43,287 bases of DNA from Mageeibacillus sp. UBA1255 (GTDB lineage: Bacteria > Bacillota > Clostridia > UBA1212 > UBA1255). The stretch covers positions 818-44,104 of the forward strand of contig DBVV01000072.1 of NCBI GenBank assembly GCA_002308795.1, in the 5' to 3' direction. A program made the position numbers and the translations under genes. This document shows, one piece after another, positions 18,465 through 26,193 of the stretch (positions are counted from its first letter, which is position 1; each line of letters starts with the position of its first letter). Under the pieces are notes generated by a model. That model did not search any database. It was not told where the DNA came from and saw only the letters and a program-made list of their open reading frames with translations.

Positions 18465-18719
18465 ATGGATGCTTTAAAAAAATATGCCGATATAATCGAT
18501 ATGCCGCACCACCGTTCTGCGTCAAGAAATCATATGACGATGAAGGAGCGGGCAATGCAGTTCGCGCCTTTCGCTGCCCTCAGGGGATATGACGAAGAAA
18601 TAGAAGCATCTAATTACGCCGTCGATAATTCGGCATACAGGGACGATCTTTTCGGGGAAGACGGATTTGAACATTCTCTGAACTTCGGAAACGGAGATTT
18701 TTACGATGGGAACAGCTGA
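18465..18719 (+). CDS. YolD-like accessory protein (tentative)
   Basis: Small ORF immediately after the Y-family polymerase, with a RAMQFAPFAALRGY motif resembling YolD-like proteins that accompany such polymerases in Firmicutes. Confidence 0.5.
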   Translation: MDALKKYADIIDMPHHRSASRNHMTMKERAMQFAPFAALRGYDEEIEASNYAVDNSAYRDDLFGEDGFEHSLNFGNGDFYDGNS

Positions 18720-19602
18720 AGATTATAAAGTATTAGGCCTCGAAGAGGGAACTGACAGAGAAACGGTAGAACGAAAGTACGGCGCGATGTTAAGGTCATA
18801 CAAAAGCCGTACCGACGAATACGGCGCGACCGACGAGGATATGGAGTATTACAAAACGATCACGCAGGCATACGACAATATCGTCGGGACCGTGCACGAT
18901 TTTTCTGATCCCAACCCGACTTCTCCGCTGCCGTTCAAATTCCGCAACTTTTTCTATAAATTATCCGCAAGGCTCGATCATTACAAATTCATAATTTTCG
19001 CCGTTCTGATCACAGCCGTGCTCGGAGTACTGATATATTTCCAGGTAAAAGATGCAGGGAAAGACGACCTTTACGTAAAATTCGTAGGCGCATACTACGC
19101 GCTCAATCCCGGCGAGGTAGAATCCGAGCTTGGAGAAAAAAGCAAAGCGGTAAGATCTCCGCAGGTATCTTTCTTCTCAGTTACGGTAAACTCTTCGGAA
19201 AATGACAGCGAGACGGCCAACGGCGCGGTAGCGTTCAGAGCGCAGTTTACTGTAGGATCGATCGATATGATATTTATCGATAAAGACAACTTCGACGTTT
19301 ACCTCGACCAGTACGTGTTCCTTCCGCTTGATGATTTTCTAGCTCAGAACTCGAACGATCCCGCCTTCGCCGACCTTCAGTATTACAGATATGACGGCGA
19401 CAGGATACCGGAAGGAACTTACGGAATTGAATTCACACAAGCCGGTTCCGAATACTTTAAAGACACCTCCGTAATGTGGCTCAATGATGAAATACCGGGC
19501 CAGGAGAGAAGTATGATATTATGCGTGTGCCGCATGAGCAAAAATGCGGAACATACACTCGAATATATCAAAGAACTTGTGGACGGCGCATACGCCGGAT
19601 GA
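18706..19602 (+). CDS. J-domain-like membrane protein
   Basis: The N-terminus YKVLGLEEGTDRETVERKYGAMLRSY resembles J-domain helices I-II, but no HPD tripeptide is present. One TM helix is followed by an extracytoplasmic domain. It overlaps the preceding ORF by 14 nt. Confidence 0.5.
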   Translation: MGTAEDYKVLGLEEGTDRETVERKYGAMLRSYKSRTDEYGATDEDMEYYKTITQAYDNIVGTVHDFSDPNPTSPLPFKFRNFFYKLSARLDHYKFIIFAVLITAVLGVLIYFQVKDAGKDDLYVKFVGAYYALNPGEVESELGEKSKAVRSPQVSFFSVTVNSSENDSETANGAVAFRAQFTVGSIDMIFIDKDNFDVYLDQYVFLPLDDFLAQNSNDPAFADLQYYRYDGDRIPEGTYGIEFTQAGSEYFKDTSVMWLNDEIPGQERSMILCVCRMSKNAEHTLEYIKELVDGAYAG

Positions 19603-19661
19603 CCGGAGCTGATAATACTTTAATACAACTCCGCATTTTCAGCCGTTTGGCTCCGAGACGG

Positions 19662-20699
19662 TTACTTTTCGGAAATAAAATGAATGATGATATTCAGGTA
19701 GCGGATAAGCACCGTGTCTTTACCGAAGAATATCTCGTGTTTGCTGTCTTCAATTCTTGTAAGTGCTCCGTTAGGGATGCGGTCGCAGAAAATCTCGATA
19801 TCTTCCTTGATCACCATATTATCGCCGTCGGCAACGAACAGCATCACCGGTATTTTGATCTTTTCCGGTTCGCCTTTTTTCAAAAGTTTTTTTGTAACTT
19901 TTAGCGACTCGAGCGTCCAGCCGTACGAAGGGCCGTTGTTGGAATATTCCGGTTTGCTTAACTTCACGTCCTGATAGAACTCGAACCGCGCCTCTGAGCT
20001 TGACGCCGATTCATCGTATTTTTCACGCCCTTCGGGAACTTTAGAGAGAAACATCCTCTTTTTCTTTTGACCGAACGCCACAAAAGTACCTGCCATAGCC
20101 TTGGAAAGCCACAGCGGGAAACCGCCGCGTTCCGGAGCTATCATCGGAGAAGAAAGGATCGCCTTTTTGAACGGACAATCAGGATGCTTTTCAAGATAGA
20201 GGCCTGAAACTGCGCCTCCCATCGAATGTGCGAACAGATATAAAGGCTTTACGGCATCTGAAAGCTCAGCCGAAACGACTGCCTCGAGATCACTTACGTA
20301 CGTCTCGAACCGGTCAATGTGAGTGACCATTTTATCCGGTACCTCTCTATACGAAAAACCGTGCCCCCGCTGATCGTAAATTAAGACGCTGAAGCCGAAA
20401 TTCAAAAGATAATAAATAAACTCCCTGTATTTTTCAGTCGACTCCGTAAAACCGTGAACTATCAGCACGGTTCCTTTCGAATCGTCGCTTTTCTGATCAT
20501 ACCGTACGACGTGGAGGTTCCGCGAATCCGGAGCCTCAATATATTTATCCGTCCTGCAACTGTTAAGAAACGGAATGACTTTTTCATCCATAGCAGCAGC
20601 GTATGAATCCTCACGGACAAGGATCTCGCCGATCCGGGTAAGAACAGCGTCATTGACGTCATACGAATCATTTTTGGTATCACGAATCAGATCAAACAT
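19662..20699 (-). CDS. Alpha/beta hydrolase (lysophospholipase / monoacylglycerol-lipase-like)
   Basis: HGFTES oxyanion region, AHSMGG nucleophile elbow and a late D...H typical of this family. Confidence 0.75.
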   Translation of the reverse strand: MFDLIRDTKNDSYDVNDAVLTRIGEILVREDSYAAAMDEKVIPFLNSCRTDKYIEAPDSRNLHVVRYDQKSDDSKGTVLIVHGFTESTEKYREFIYYLLNFGFSVLIYDQRGHGFSYREVPDKMVTHIDRFETYVSDLEAVVSAELSDAVKPLYLFAHSMGGAVSGLYLEKHPDCPFKKAILSSPMIAPERGGFPLWLSKAMAGTFVAFGQKKKRMFLSKVPEGREKYDESASSSEARFEFYQDVKLSKPEYSNNGPSYGWTLESLKVTKKLLKKGEPEKIKIPVMLFVADGDNMVIKEDIEIFCDRIPNGALTRIEDSKHEIFFGKDTVLIRYLNIIIHFISEK

Positions 20700-20814
20700 G
20701 ATAATATTGCCTCCGCATTTATTGATTTGAACGAACAGGTATTGTCAGCTCTGGAATTGATTATATTTTAACAGAAAACGGCACAAAAATCAAAGCAAAT
20801 TACAGCGCAGGATA

Positions 20815-20844
20815 TTGACAACGCCGTCCGGTTTGTTGTAGTAT
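20815..20844 (+). promoter_or_regulatory. Candidate promoter of hisS
   Basis: TTGACA (20815..20820), 18-nt spacer, TAGTAT (20839..20844) preceded by TG. Confidence 0.45.
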
Positions 20845-20885
20845 AGCGTACGTGCTTGAGAAACCATGCATTTTCCGGAGGAAAT

Positions 20886-22235
20886 ATGAGTGAAGATGTT
20901 GAAAATAAAGTCAAAAATATAGTTGAACCGTCTATTCTTGCAGGATTCCAGGAATTTTTGCCTAAAGAACAGATGCTTTTTACAAAAATGCAGGATACGA
21001 TCCGTAATTCTTTTGAGAGTTTCGGATTTATTCCGCTGGATACGCCTGTACTTGAAAAATCGCAGGTGCTTTTAGCAAAAAGCGGAGGGGATACAGCTAA
21101 ACAGGTTTACCGGTTTGAAAAAGGCGATACCGATATGGCTATGCGCTTTGACCTCACCGTTCCGCTCGCCAGATACGTTGCCCAGCACTACGACAGCCTC
21201 GTTTTCCCGTTCAGACGGTATCATATCGGTAAAGTGTACAGGGGAGAGAGACCTCAGAAAGGCAGATTCAGAGAATTCTACCAGTGCGATATCGATATAA
21301 TCGGCAACGAAACGCTAAACCTCCTTAATGACGCGGAACTTGTCAGCGTTATTAATTCCACGTTTGAAAAGCTCGACATCGGCGATTTTACCATAATGCT
21401 GAACAACAGAAAACTGCTCGGGGGGTTCTTTGCGACGCTCGGCATCGGTGATCCTACGGACGCTCTTCGTGCGGTAGATAAACTTGATAAGATCGGCGCG
21501 GAAAACGTAAAAAAAGAGCTTACGGAGCAGGGGATCGGCAGCGAACAGGCCGAAAAGATCATTGCCCTCACGTCAGTGGGAGGTTTTCCTGCAGAAGTAT
21601 TCAAAGCGCTCGATGAGATGGGGATACGCGGGAAGAATGAAATGCTTGACGCAGGATTATCTGAACTTGAGAAAGTTTGCGGATATATTAAAATGTTCGG
21701 CGTGCCTGAAAACAGATACTGCATCGATCTGAAGATCGCCCGCGGACTGGATTACTACACCGGGACGGTATACGAGACGAAATTAAATGATTATCCCGAA
21801 CTCGGATCGATCTGCTCAGGCGGAAGATATGACGATCTTGCGTCGAATTATACAAAAAAGAAGCTGCCGGGCGTAGGTATATCTATCGGATTATCGCGGC
21901 TGTTTTATCAGCTGTGCGCGGCAGGGATAATAAAAGCAGACGGCAGGGCGACGCCTTCCGCCGTTTTGCTGATACCGATGGGAGACACGCTCGACTATAC
22001 GCTTAGCGTGGCGAAAAAGATCAGATCTTCAGGTATCGCGTGCGAAACGTATCTCGGAGAAGGAAAGCTCGGTAAAAAATTCGGTTACGCGGATAAACTG
22101 GGAATACCGTATGCTATCGTTTTGGGCGAAGACGAAATGAATGCCGGAACGATAACGCTTAAAGATATGAGGACCGGAGAGCAGAGATCTCTGGAATCGG
22201 TCGATGAATTTGTTAAAATGATCGCCTTGAGGTGA
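20886..22235 (+). CDS. hisS: Histidine--tRNA ligase
   Basis: Class II aaRS motifs as in HisRS (MRFDLTVPLARY, FRREYQCDIDIIG-like REFYQCDIDIIG, GGRYDDL) and a C-terminal anticodon-binding domain. The start is at ATG 20886, preceded by GGAGG. Confidence 0.9.
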   Translation: MSEDVENKVKNIVEPSILAGFQEFLPKEQMLFTKMQDTIRNSFESFGFIPLDTPVLEKSQVLLAKSGGDTAKQVYRFEKGDTDMAMRFDLTVPLARYVAQHYDSLVFPFRRYHIGKVYRGERPQKGRFREFYQCDIDIIGNETLNLLNDAELVSVINSTFEKLDIGDFTIMLNNRKLLGGFFATLGIGDPTDALRAVDKLDKIGAENVKKELTEQGIGSEQAEKIIALTSVGGFPAEVFKALDEMGIRGKNEMLDAGLSELEKVCGYIKMFGVPENRYCIDLKIARGLDYYTGTVYETKLNDYPELGSICSGGRYDDLASNYTKKKLPGVGISIGLSRLFYQLCAAGIIKADGRATPSAVLLIPMGDTLDYTLSVAKKIRSSGIACETYLGEGKLGKKFGYADKLGIPYAIVLGEDEMNAGTITLKDMRTGEQRSLESVDEFVKMIALR

Positions 22236-22270
22236 TCTTATAAACCGAAACGGAAGGATCGGCGGGACAT

Positions 22271-23230
22271 ATGATAACAGAAACTGGTGAAAAGCGCGGC
22301 AGGGGAAGGCCGAGAAAAAATCCGCCTCCGACGATAGTTGCAAAATCCACTATCGTCAGGAGAACTGTATCATCCGACGTTGACGGCACGGGTACGGAAG
22401 TGCTCCATTCGAGTCTGGACTTCGCCGGTGACAATGTCGTTCCTATCGTCCGAAGTGCAGCTGCCTCCCAGGCACCGGGAGGAGCGAACGATCCCGTTCT
22501 GCCGGCCGCTCCTGCGATCCGGGCGGATGCAGGAACCGCTTTGCAACCTGCTCCCAGAAGAAGAGGCAGACCTCCCAAAAACAAAACACCGCTCCCTGCG
22601 CCGGATGTGACTGGAGATACGGCAGTGCAGGGATCCGTTCAGACAGTTGAAAGGACCGTCGTAAGGCGAGCTGCTAAAACGGAAAACGTTACTGCATCCG
22701 ATGCGACGAGCCCGCAGATCATTGCAGACCGGCAGGCTGAACAAAATTCCGGCAGGATAAAGCCCGTTATCACCGAAGGCGCAAGCCCCGCTGGTTTTAA
22801 AGGTCCCGGAGTAAGGCTCGGAAAAGAAGTACAGATAGGAAATTCCAAGCTGAGCTTTTTCTACATCGTTTTCAAGAACTCGGAACACGACGAACTGCTT
22901 TACCCCGACACGATGCATACTATACAGCACCTGCTGAGCGCAGCATCGAAAGAAGCAGACCTGCCGAATATCGTTAAAATAATGCCGTGCGGAAGCAGGA
23001 TAGCAATGGAAGTGGCGGTCCTGGACGCACATTCGGACTTTGCTAAAAACGAGCTGAGAAAGCTGATGCTCACGGCTGCTTACATGGACAACATCCCGAA
23101 ATATGAGCTTGATCACTGCGCGAATCCCGAATATCAGAATTACGCGGACGCTCACAGAGAAATACGCGAGTTTATATACACGATGTACGGTATCACGCTG
23201 GATACGAGAACGGCAGATTACTCCTGGTAA
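22271..23230 (+). CDS. AT-hook-containing protein with a C-terminal LuxS-like domain
   Basis: Two GRP-core AT-hooks (GRGRPRKNP, RRGRPPKNK) lie in a Pro/Ala/Thr-rich N-terminal half. The C-terminal ~140 aa aligns by eye with S-ribosylhomocysteinase (FYIVF...PDTMHTIQHLL vs FDIRF...[11 protein letters not shown] of B. subtilis LuxS). Confidence 0.6.
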   Translation: MITETGEKRGRGRPRKNPPPTIVAKSTIVRRTVSSDVDGTGTEVLHSSLDFAGDNVVPIVRSAAASQAPGGANDPVLPAAPAIRADAGTALQPAPRRRGRPPKNKTPLPAPDVTGDTAVQGSVQTVERTVVRRAAKTENVTASDATSPQIIADRQAEQNSGRIKPVITEGASPAGFKGPGVRLGKEVQIGNSKLSFFYIVFKNSEHDELLYPDTMHTIQHLLSAASKEADLPNIVKIMPCGSRIAMEVAVLDAHSDFAKNELRKLMLTAAYMDNIPKYELDHCANPEYQNYADAHREIREFIYTMYGITLDTRTADYSW

Positions 23231-23240
23231 CTGTAATTAC

Positions 23241-23298
23241 CCGGCTTCGGTAACGAGCCAAAAGCCGGTTTTCAGCCGGACAATAAAAATTATTGTCC
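23241..23298 (+). terminator. Two tandem hairpins after the LuxS-like gene
   Basis: CCGGCTT...AAGCCGG followed by TTTT (23241..23272), then GGACAATA-aaaat-TATTGTCC (23278..23298). Confidence 0.5.
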
Positions 23299-23304
23299 TA
23301 TCTA

Positions 23305-23333
23305 TTCACAAATCCGTTTTTTTCGGGTATAAT
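23305..23333 (+). promoter_or_regulatory. Candidate sigma-70 promoter
   Basis: TTCACA (23305..23310), 17-nt spacer, TATAAT (23328..23333). Confidence 0.5.
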
Positions 23334-23387
23334 AACAATGCATGAACGTTCCGGAAGCGGACCCGATTGCGCTGGAGGTATAAATAT

Positions 23388-23912
23388 ATGAAAAAAAGGA
23401 AGCTGCTTACAGATATATTCACTGTGGTACTGATGCTGGCGATAGTTGTAGTCGTCCTCGCTTACCTCAACGTTTTTCCGGGTAAGGATGTGAACGAAAA
23501 GGGATCCCTTAACTACGCCATGGTCGCTTACGTGGGTATGCCGCTGGCACTTCTGTCCGTGCTGCTGATAGATCTTATATTCCCTCTGATCGATAACCGT
23601 AAAAGACTGTCTGAACCGGTCTTTATCGTAAAAGTGGTCGCAAAAACTCTGCTGTTCATTGCGGCCGTCGTAGTCGGAGTACTCTTCTTCCTCGTAAACA
23701 TCACTCCTCCGAAGAACGAATTCGTAAAAGTCGGTATCTTCTGCGCCCTTTATTTCGTGCAGTTCCTGATCAACCTCGATCCGCCGCTCAAGAAAAAGCT
23801 TGCCGCCCAGAAAGACAAGCAGGACGATAAAGATTATGAAGATTTCGATGACGATCTGGACGATGACGACGATTTCGACGATGACGATGACGAGAACACG
23901 TCCAAGAAATAA
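23388..23912 (+). CDS. Four-TM membrane protein with a poly-acidic C-terminal tail
   Basis: The start is at ATG 23388, with a GGAGG SD 8 nt upstream. It has four hydrophobic helices. The tail reads DDKDYEDFDDDLDDDDDFDDDDDENTSKK. Confidence 0.6.
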   Translation: MKKRKLLTDIFTVVLMLAIVVVVLAYLNVFPGKDVNEKGSLNYAMVAYVGMPLALLSVLLIDLIFPLIDNRKRLSEPVFIVKVVAKTLLFIAAVVVGVLFFLVNITPPKNEFVKVGIFCALYFVQFLINLDPPLKKKLAAQKDKQDDKDYEDFDDDLDDDDDFDDDDDENTSKK

Positions 23913-23937
23913 CTCCGTTGATAAAATGATATTTTCT

Positions 23938-23967
23938 CCGCCGGTGATCCAGCCGGCGTTTTTTTTT
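23938..23967 (+). terminator. Rho-independent terminator
   Basis: CGCCGG / CCGGCG 6-bp GC stem with an 8-nt loop, followed by nine T residues. Confidence 0.85.
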
Positions 23968-24031
23968 ACCGGCCGCAACGTGAAGAACGGTATAAAAAAA
24001 GAGAAAAAATAACAAAACGCAAAAAAAGTTC

Positions 24032-24060
24032 TTGACTGCCAAATAAAATATTGTTAAAAT
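24032..24060 (+). promoter_or_regulatory. Strong sigma-70 promoter of the aromatic amino-acid operon
   Basis: TTGACT (24032..24037), 17-nt spacer, extended -10 TGtTAAAAT (24052..24060). An A-rich UP-like tract lies upstream (24001..24028). Confidence 0.7.
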
Positions 24061-24106
24061 TCCGTCAATGCAAGTTCCGCCAGGTTCTTACAGGATTACA
24101 TACTGA

Positions 24107-24223
24107 ATGAAGGTGATGTTGATGCTGAATAATGATCTGAACGCAAACGGCCGTTTCACGTTCGTATATTCTGCATTCTATTTTGCCTCATCGGTACGTA
24201 ACTGGCGATGGCGGAAGTTCTGA
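24107..24223 (+). CDS. Candidate leader peptide rich in Phe/Tyr/Trp codons (38 aa, or 33 aa from ATG 24122)
   Basis: I translated it by hand as MKVMLMLNNDLNANGRFTFVYSAFYFASSVRNWRWRKF*. The internal ATG at 24122 has an AAGGTG SD 6 nt upstream. It lies in the 5' leader of the aro operon. Confidence 0.5.
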   Translation: MKVMLMLNNDLNANGRFTFVYSAFYFASSVRNWRWRKF

Positions 24224-24361
24224 TCTATTATTCTTATCCGGCGGAATACCGCCGCGGGTCCTGTTATCCCCGTAAAAATCAATACCTGAAACGAGCGCCG
24301 AAGGGACGGATATTGCCCTCCTGCCGCATTGAACGTATATTACATTAACGAGGGAAAAGAC

Positions 24362-25363
24362 ATGATAGTTGTCCTTAAATCAAACGTAAACGAAAACAGA
24401 CGCAAACAGCTGATAGACTGGCTCGAATCCCAGGAACTCAGAGTGCATATTTCCACCGGAGAATATCAAACGGTCCTGGGACTGATCGGAGACACTTCAA
24501 AGGTCGATATGGAGCTCATCGAGAGCCTCGACATAGTTGAATCGGTAAAGAGAGTTTCGGAAACTTTTAAACGGTGCAACAGAAAATTTCATCCGGACGA
24601 TACTGTCGTTGACGTGGCAGGTGTAAAGATCGGGGGAGGAAATTTCTGCATGATCGCAGGTCCGTGCTCCGTTGAGACCGAGGAACAGATCGTTTCGGTG
24701 GCAAAGGCTGTAAAAGCGTCCGGGGCCAATATTCTGAGAGGCGGAGCGTTTAAACCAAGGACCTCTCCTTACGATTTTCAGGGGCTTAAAGCGACCGGAC
24801 TCGAACTGCTGAAAATTGCAAGGCAGGAGACAGGCCTGCCGATCGTATCAGAGATAATGAGCGCACACGACCTTAAACTGTTCGAAGACGTCGATATCCT
24901 TCAGGTAGGCGCACGCAACATGCAGAACTTCGATCTGCTGATCGAGCTCGGTCACTTCGGAAAACCTGTCCTGTTAAAGCGCGGCCTGGCAAATACGCTG
25001 AAAGAACTGCTCATGAGCGCTGAATATATTATGGCGGGCGGTAACGAGCAGGTCATCCTCTGCGAGCGCGGGATAAGGACGTTCTCGGATTACTACAGAA
25101 ACACTCTTGACGTATCCGCGGTACCGATGCTGCACGAACTGTCGCACCTTCCCGTCATCGTTGACCCCAGCCACGCCACCGGAATAGCGCGGATGGTGCC
25201 TCCGATGGCATTGTCGGCCGTGGCCGCCGGAGCGGACGGACTTATCATCGAAGTCCATAACGATCCGATCCACGCTCTTTGCGACGGAGCTCAGTCTCTG
25301 AGACCGGAAGAATACGACGCGCTGGCCGGAAAGGTCAGGCGCGTAAGGGAGGCAATGCGATGA
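24362..25363 (+). CDS. aroF: 3-deoxy-7-phosphoheptulonate (DAHP) synthase, type I-beta with N-terminal ferredoxin-like regulatory domain
   Basis: KDO8PS/DAHPS-I-beta core motifs (GPCSVE, LRGGAFKPRTSPY, VDPSH). A ~70-aa N-terminal domain is present, as in the Thermotoga-type enzyme. The start is at ATG 24362 with a GAGGG SD. Confidence 0.9.
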   Translation: MIVVLKSNVNENRRKQLIDWLESQELRVHISTGEYQTVLGLIGDTSKVDMELIESLDIVESVKRVSETFKRCNRKFHPDDTVVDVAGVKIGGGNFCMIAGPCSVETEEQIVSVAKAVKASGANILRGGAFKPRTSPYDFQGLKATGLELLKIARQETGLPIVSEIMSAHDLKLFEDVDILQVGARNMQNFDLLIELGHFGKPVLLKRGLANTLKELLMSAEYIMAGGNEQVILCERGIRTFSDYYRNTLDVSAVPMLHELSHLPVIVDPSHATGIARMVPPMALSAVAAGADGLIIEVHNDPIHALCDGAQSLRPEEYDALAGKVRRVREAMR

Positions 25364-26193
25364 CAGCAGGTATCGTCGGGCTCGGACTTATAGGCGGGTC
25401 TTTTGCAAAAGCGTACGCGAAAGAAGGGCACAGAGTGCTGGGGGCAAACAGAAGCCGTCAGGTGCTCGATTTTGCGATCCTTTCAGGAGACGTACACGAC
25501 GAACTTACCGCGGACAATATCTCCGGGTGCGATATCGTTATCATCTGCCTTTACCCGGAAGCGGCTATCTCATACCTCGATAAAATGGGCCGTTTCATTG
25601 GCGATAAGCCCGTCGTGATCGACGCGTGCGGCACGAAGCGTCTGGTAGTCGAAGGCTGCTCGAAACTCGCCGAAAAATACGGTTTTACGTACGTAGGGGG
25701 CCATCCTATGGCCGGGACGCAGTATTCAGGCTACAAATACGCGAAAGCAAATATGTTCTCAGGCGCACCGATGGTGCTCGTACCGAGCGGATCTCCGGAT
25801 ATAGAATTACTATCAAGACTTAAAGAACTGCTCGCTCCGGCCGGATTCGGAAAATATACGGTGACCACCGCCGAAAAGCACGACGAAATGATCGCTTTCA
25901 CATCGCAGCTCGCGCACGTAGTATCGAACGCGTACGTAAAAAGCCCGTCATCAAAGAATCACAAAGGCATTTCCGCAGGCAGCTACAAGGACCTTACGAG
26001 AGTAGCGTGGCTGAACCCGGAGATGTGGGCGGAACTGTTCCTGGAAAATTCGGACAATCTTTCCCGGGAACTCGGCGGTCTTATAGAGGAGCTTAACAAA
26101 TATAAAGCGGCGATAGATTCCGGCGACAGGGAAACGCTGGTAAAACTGCTCGCCGATGGCAGAAGGATGAAAGAGGAGGCTGACGGAAGATGA
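25360..26193 (+). CDS. tyrA: Prephenate dehydrogenase
   Basis: GIVGLGLIGGSFAKA Rossmann motif and GGHPMAG catalytic His region. The start at 25360 overlaps the aroF stop (ATGA) and is preceded by AAGGGAGG. Confidence 0.85.
   Translation: MTAGIVGLGLIGGSFAKAYAKEGHRVLGANRSRQVLDFAILSGDVHDELTADNISGCDIVIICLYPEAAISYLDKMGRFIGDKPVVIDACGTKRLVVEGCSKLAEKYGFTYVGGHPMAGTQYSGYKYAKANMFSGAPMVLVPSGSPDIELLSRLKELLAPAGFGKYTVTTAEKHDEMIAFTSQLAHVVSNAYVKSPSSKNHKGISAGSYKDLTRVAWLNPEMWAELFLENSDNLSRELGGLIEELNKYKAAIDSGDRETLVKLLADGRRMKEEADGR

Noticed and set aside
20700-20885. Looked for a His-specific T-box leader upstream of hisS
   Set aside because: Only ~40 nt separate the candidate -10 element from the start codon, and the whole intergenic region is ~185 nt. 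It has no T-box core and no terminator hairpin.
23298-23978. 226-aa minus-strand ORF opposite the acidic-tail membrane protein
   Set aside because: It is generated by the GAT/GAC repeat (read as ATC/GTC = Ile/Val runs) and runs through the + strand terminator. The + strand gene has a good promoter, SD and terminator.
24068-24106. 12-codon mini-ORF (MQVPPGSYRITY*) whose stop abuts the leader-peptide ATG
   Set aside because: Its ATG lies at or within a couple of nucleotides of the predicted transcription start (7-8 nt after the -10 element), and there is no SD. It is probably not translated.
24145-24156. 12-bp perfect palindrome AAACGGCCGTTT inside the leader ORF
   Set aside because: It is too short to distinguish from chance. 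It has no loop, so it is not an RNA hairpin, and no second copy was seen in the window.
24225-24262. Possible T-box element (GGCGGAATACCGCCGCG resembles the GGUGGUACCGCG T-box core) in the aro leader
   Set aside because: The segment forms a perfect closed hairpin (CGGCGG-AAUA-CCGCCG) rather than an antiterminator bulge. I see no Stem I/specifier loop, no AG or GNUGGA boxes, and no downstream terminator with a U-run. A cmscan would settle it.
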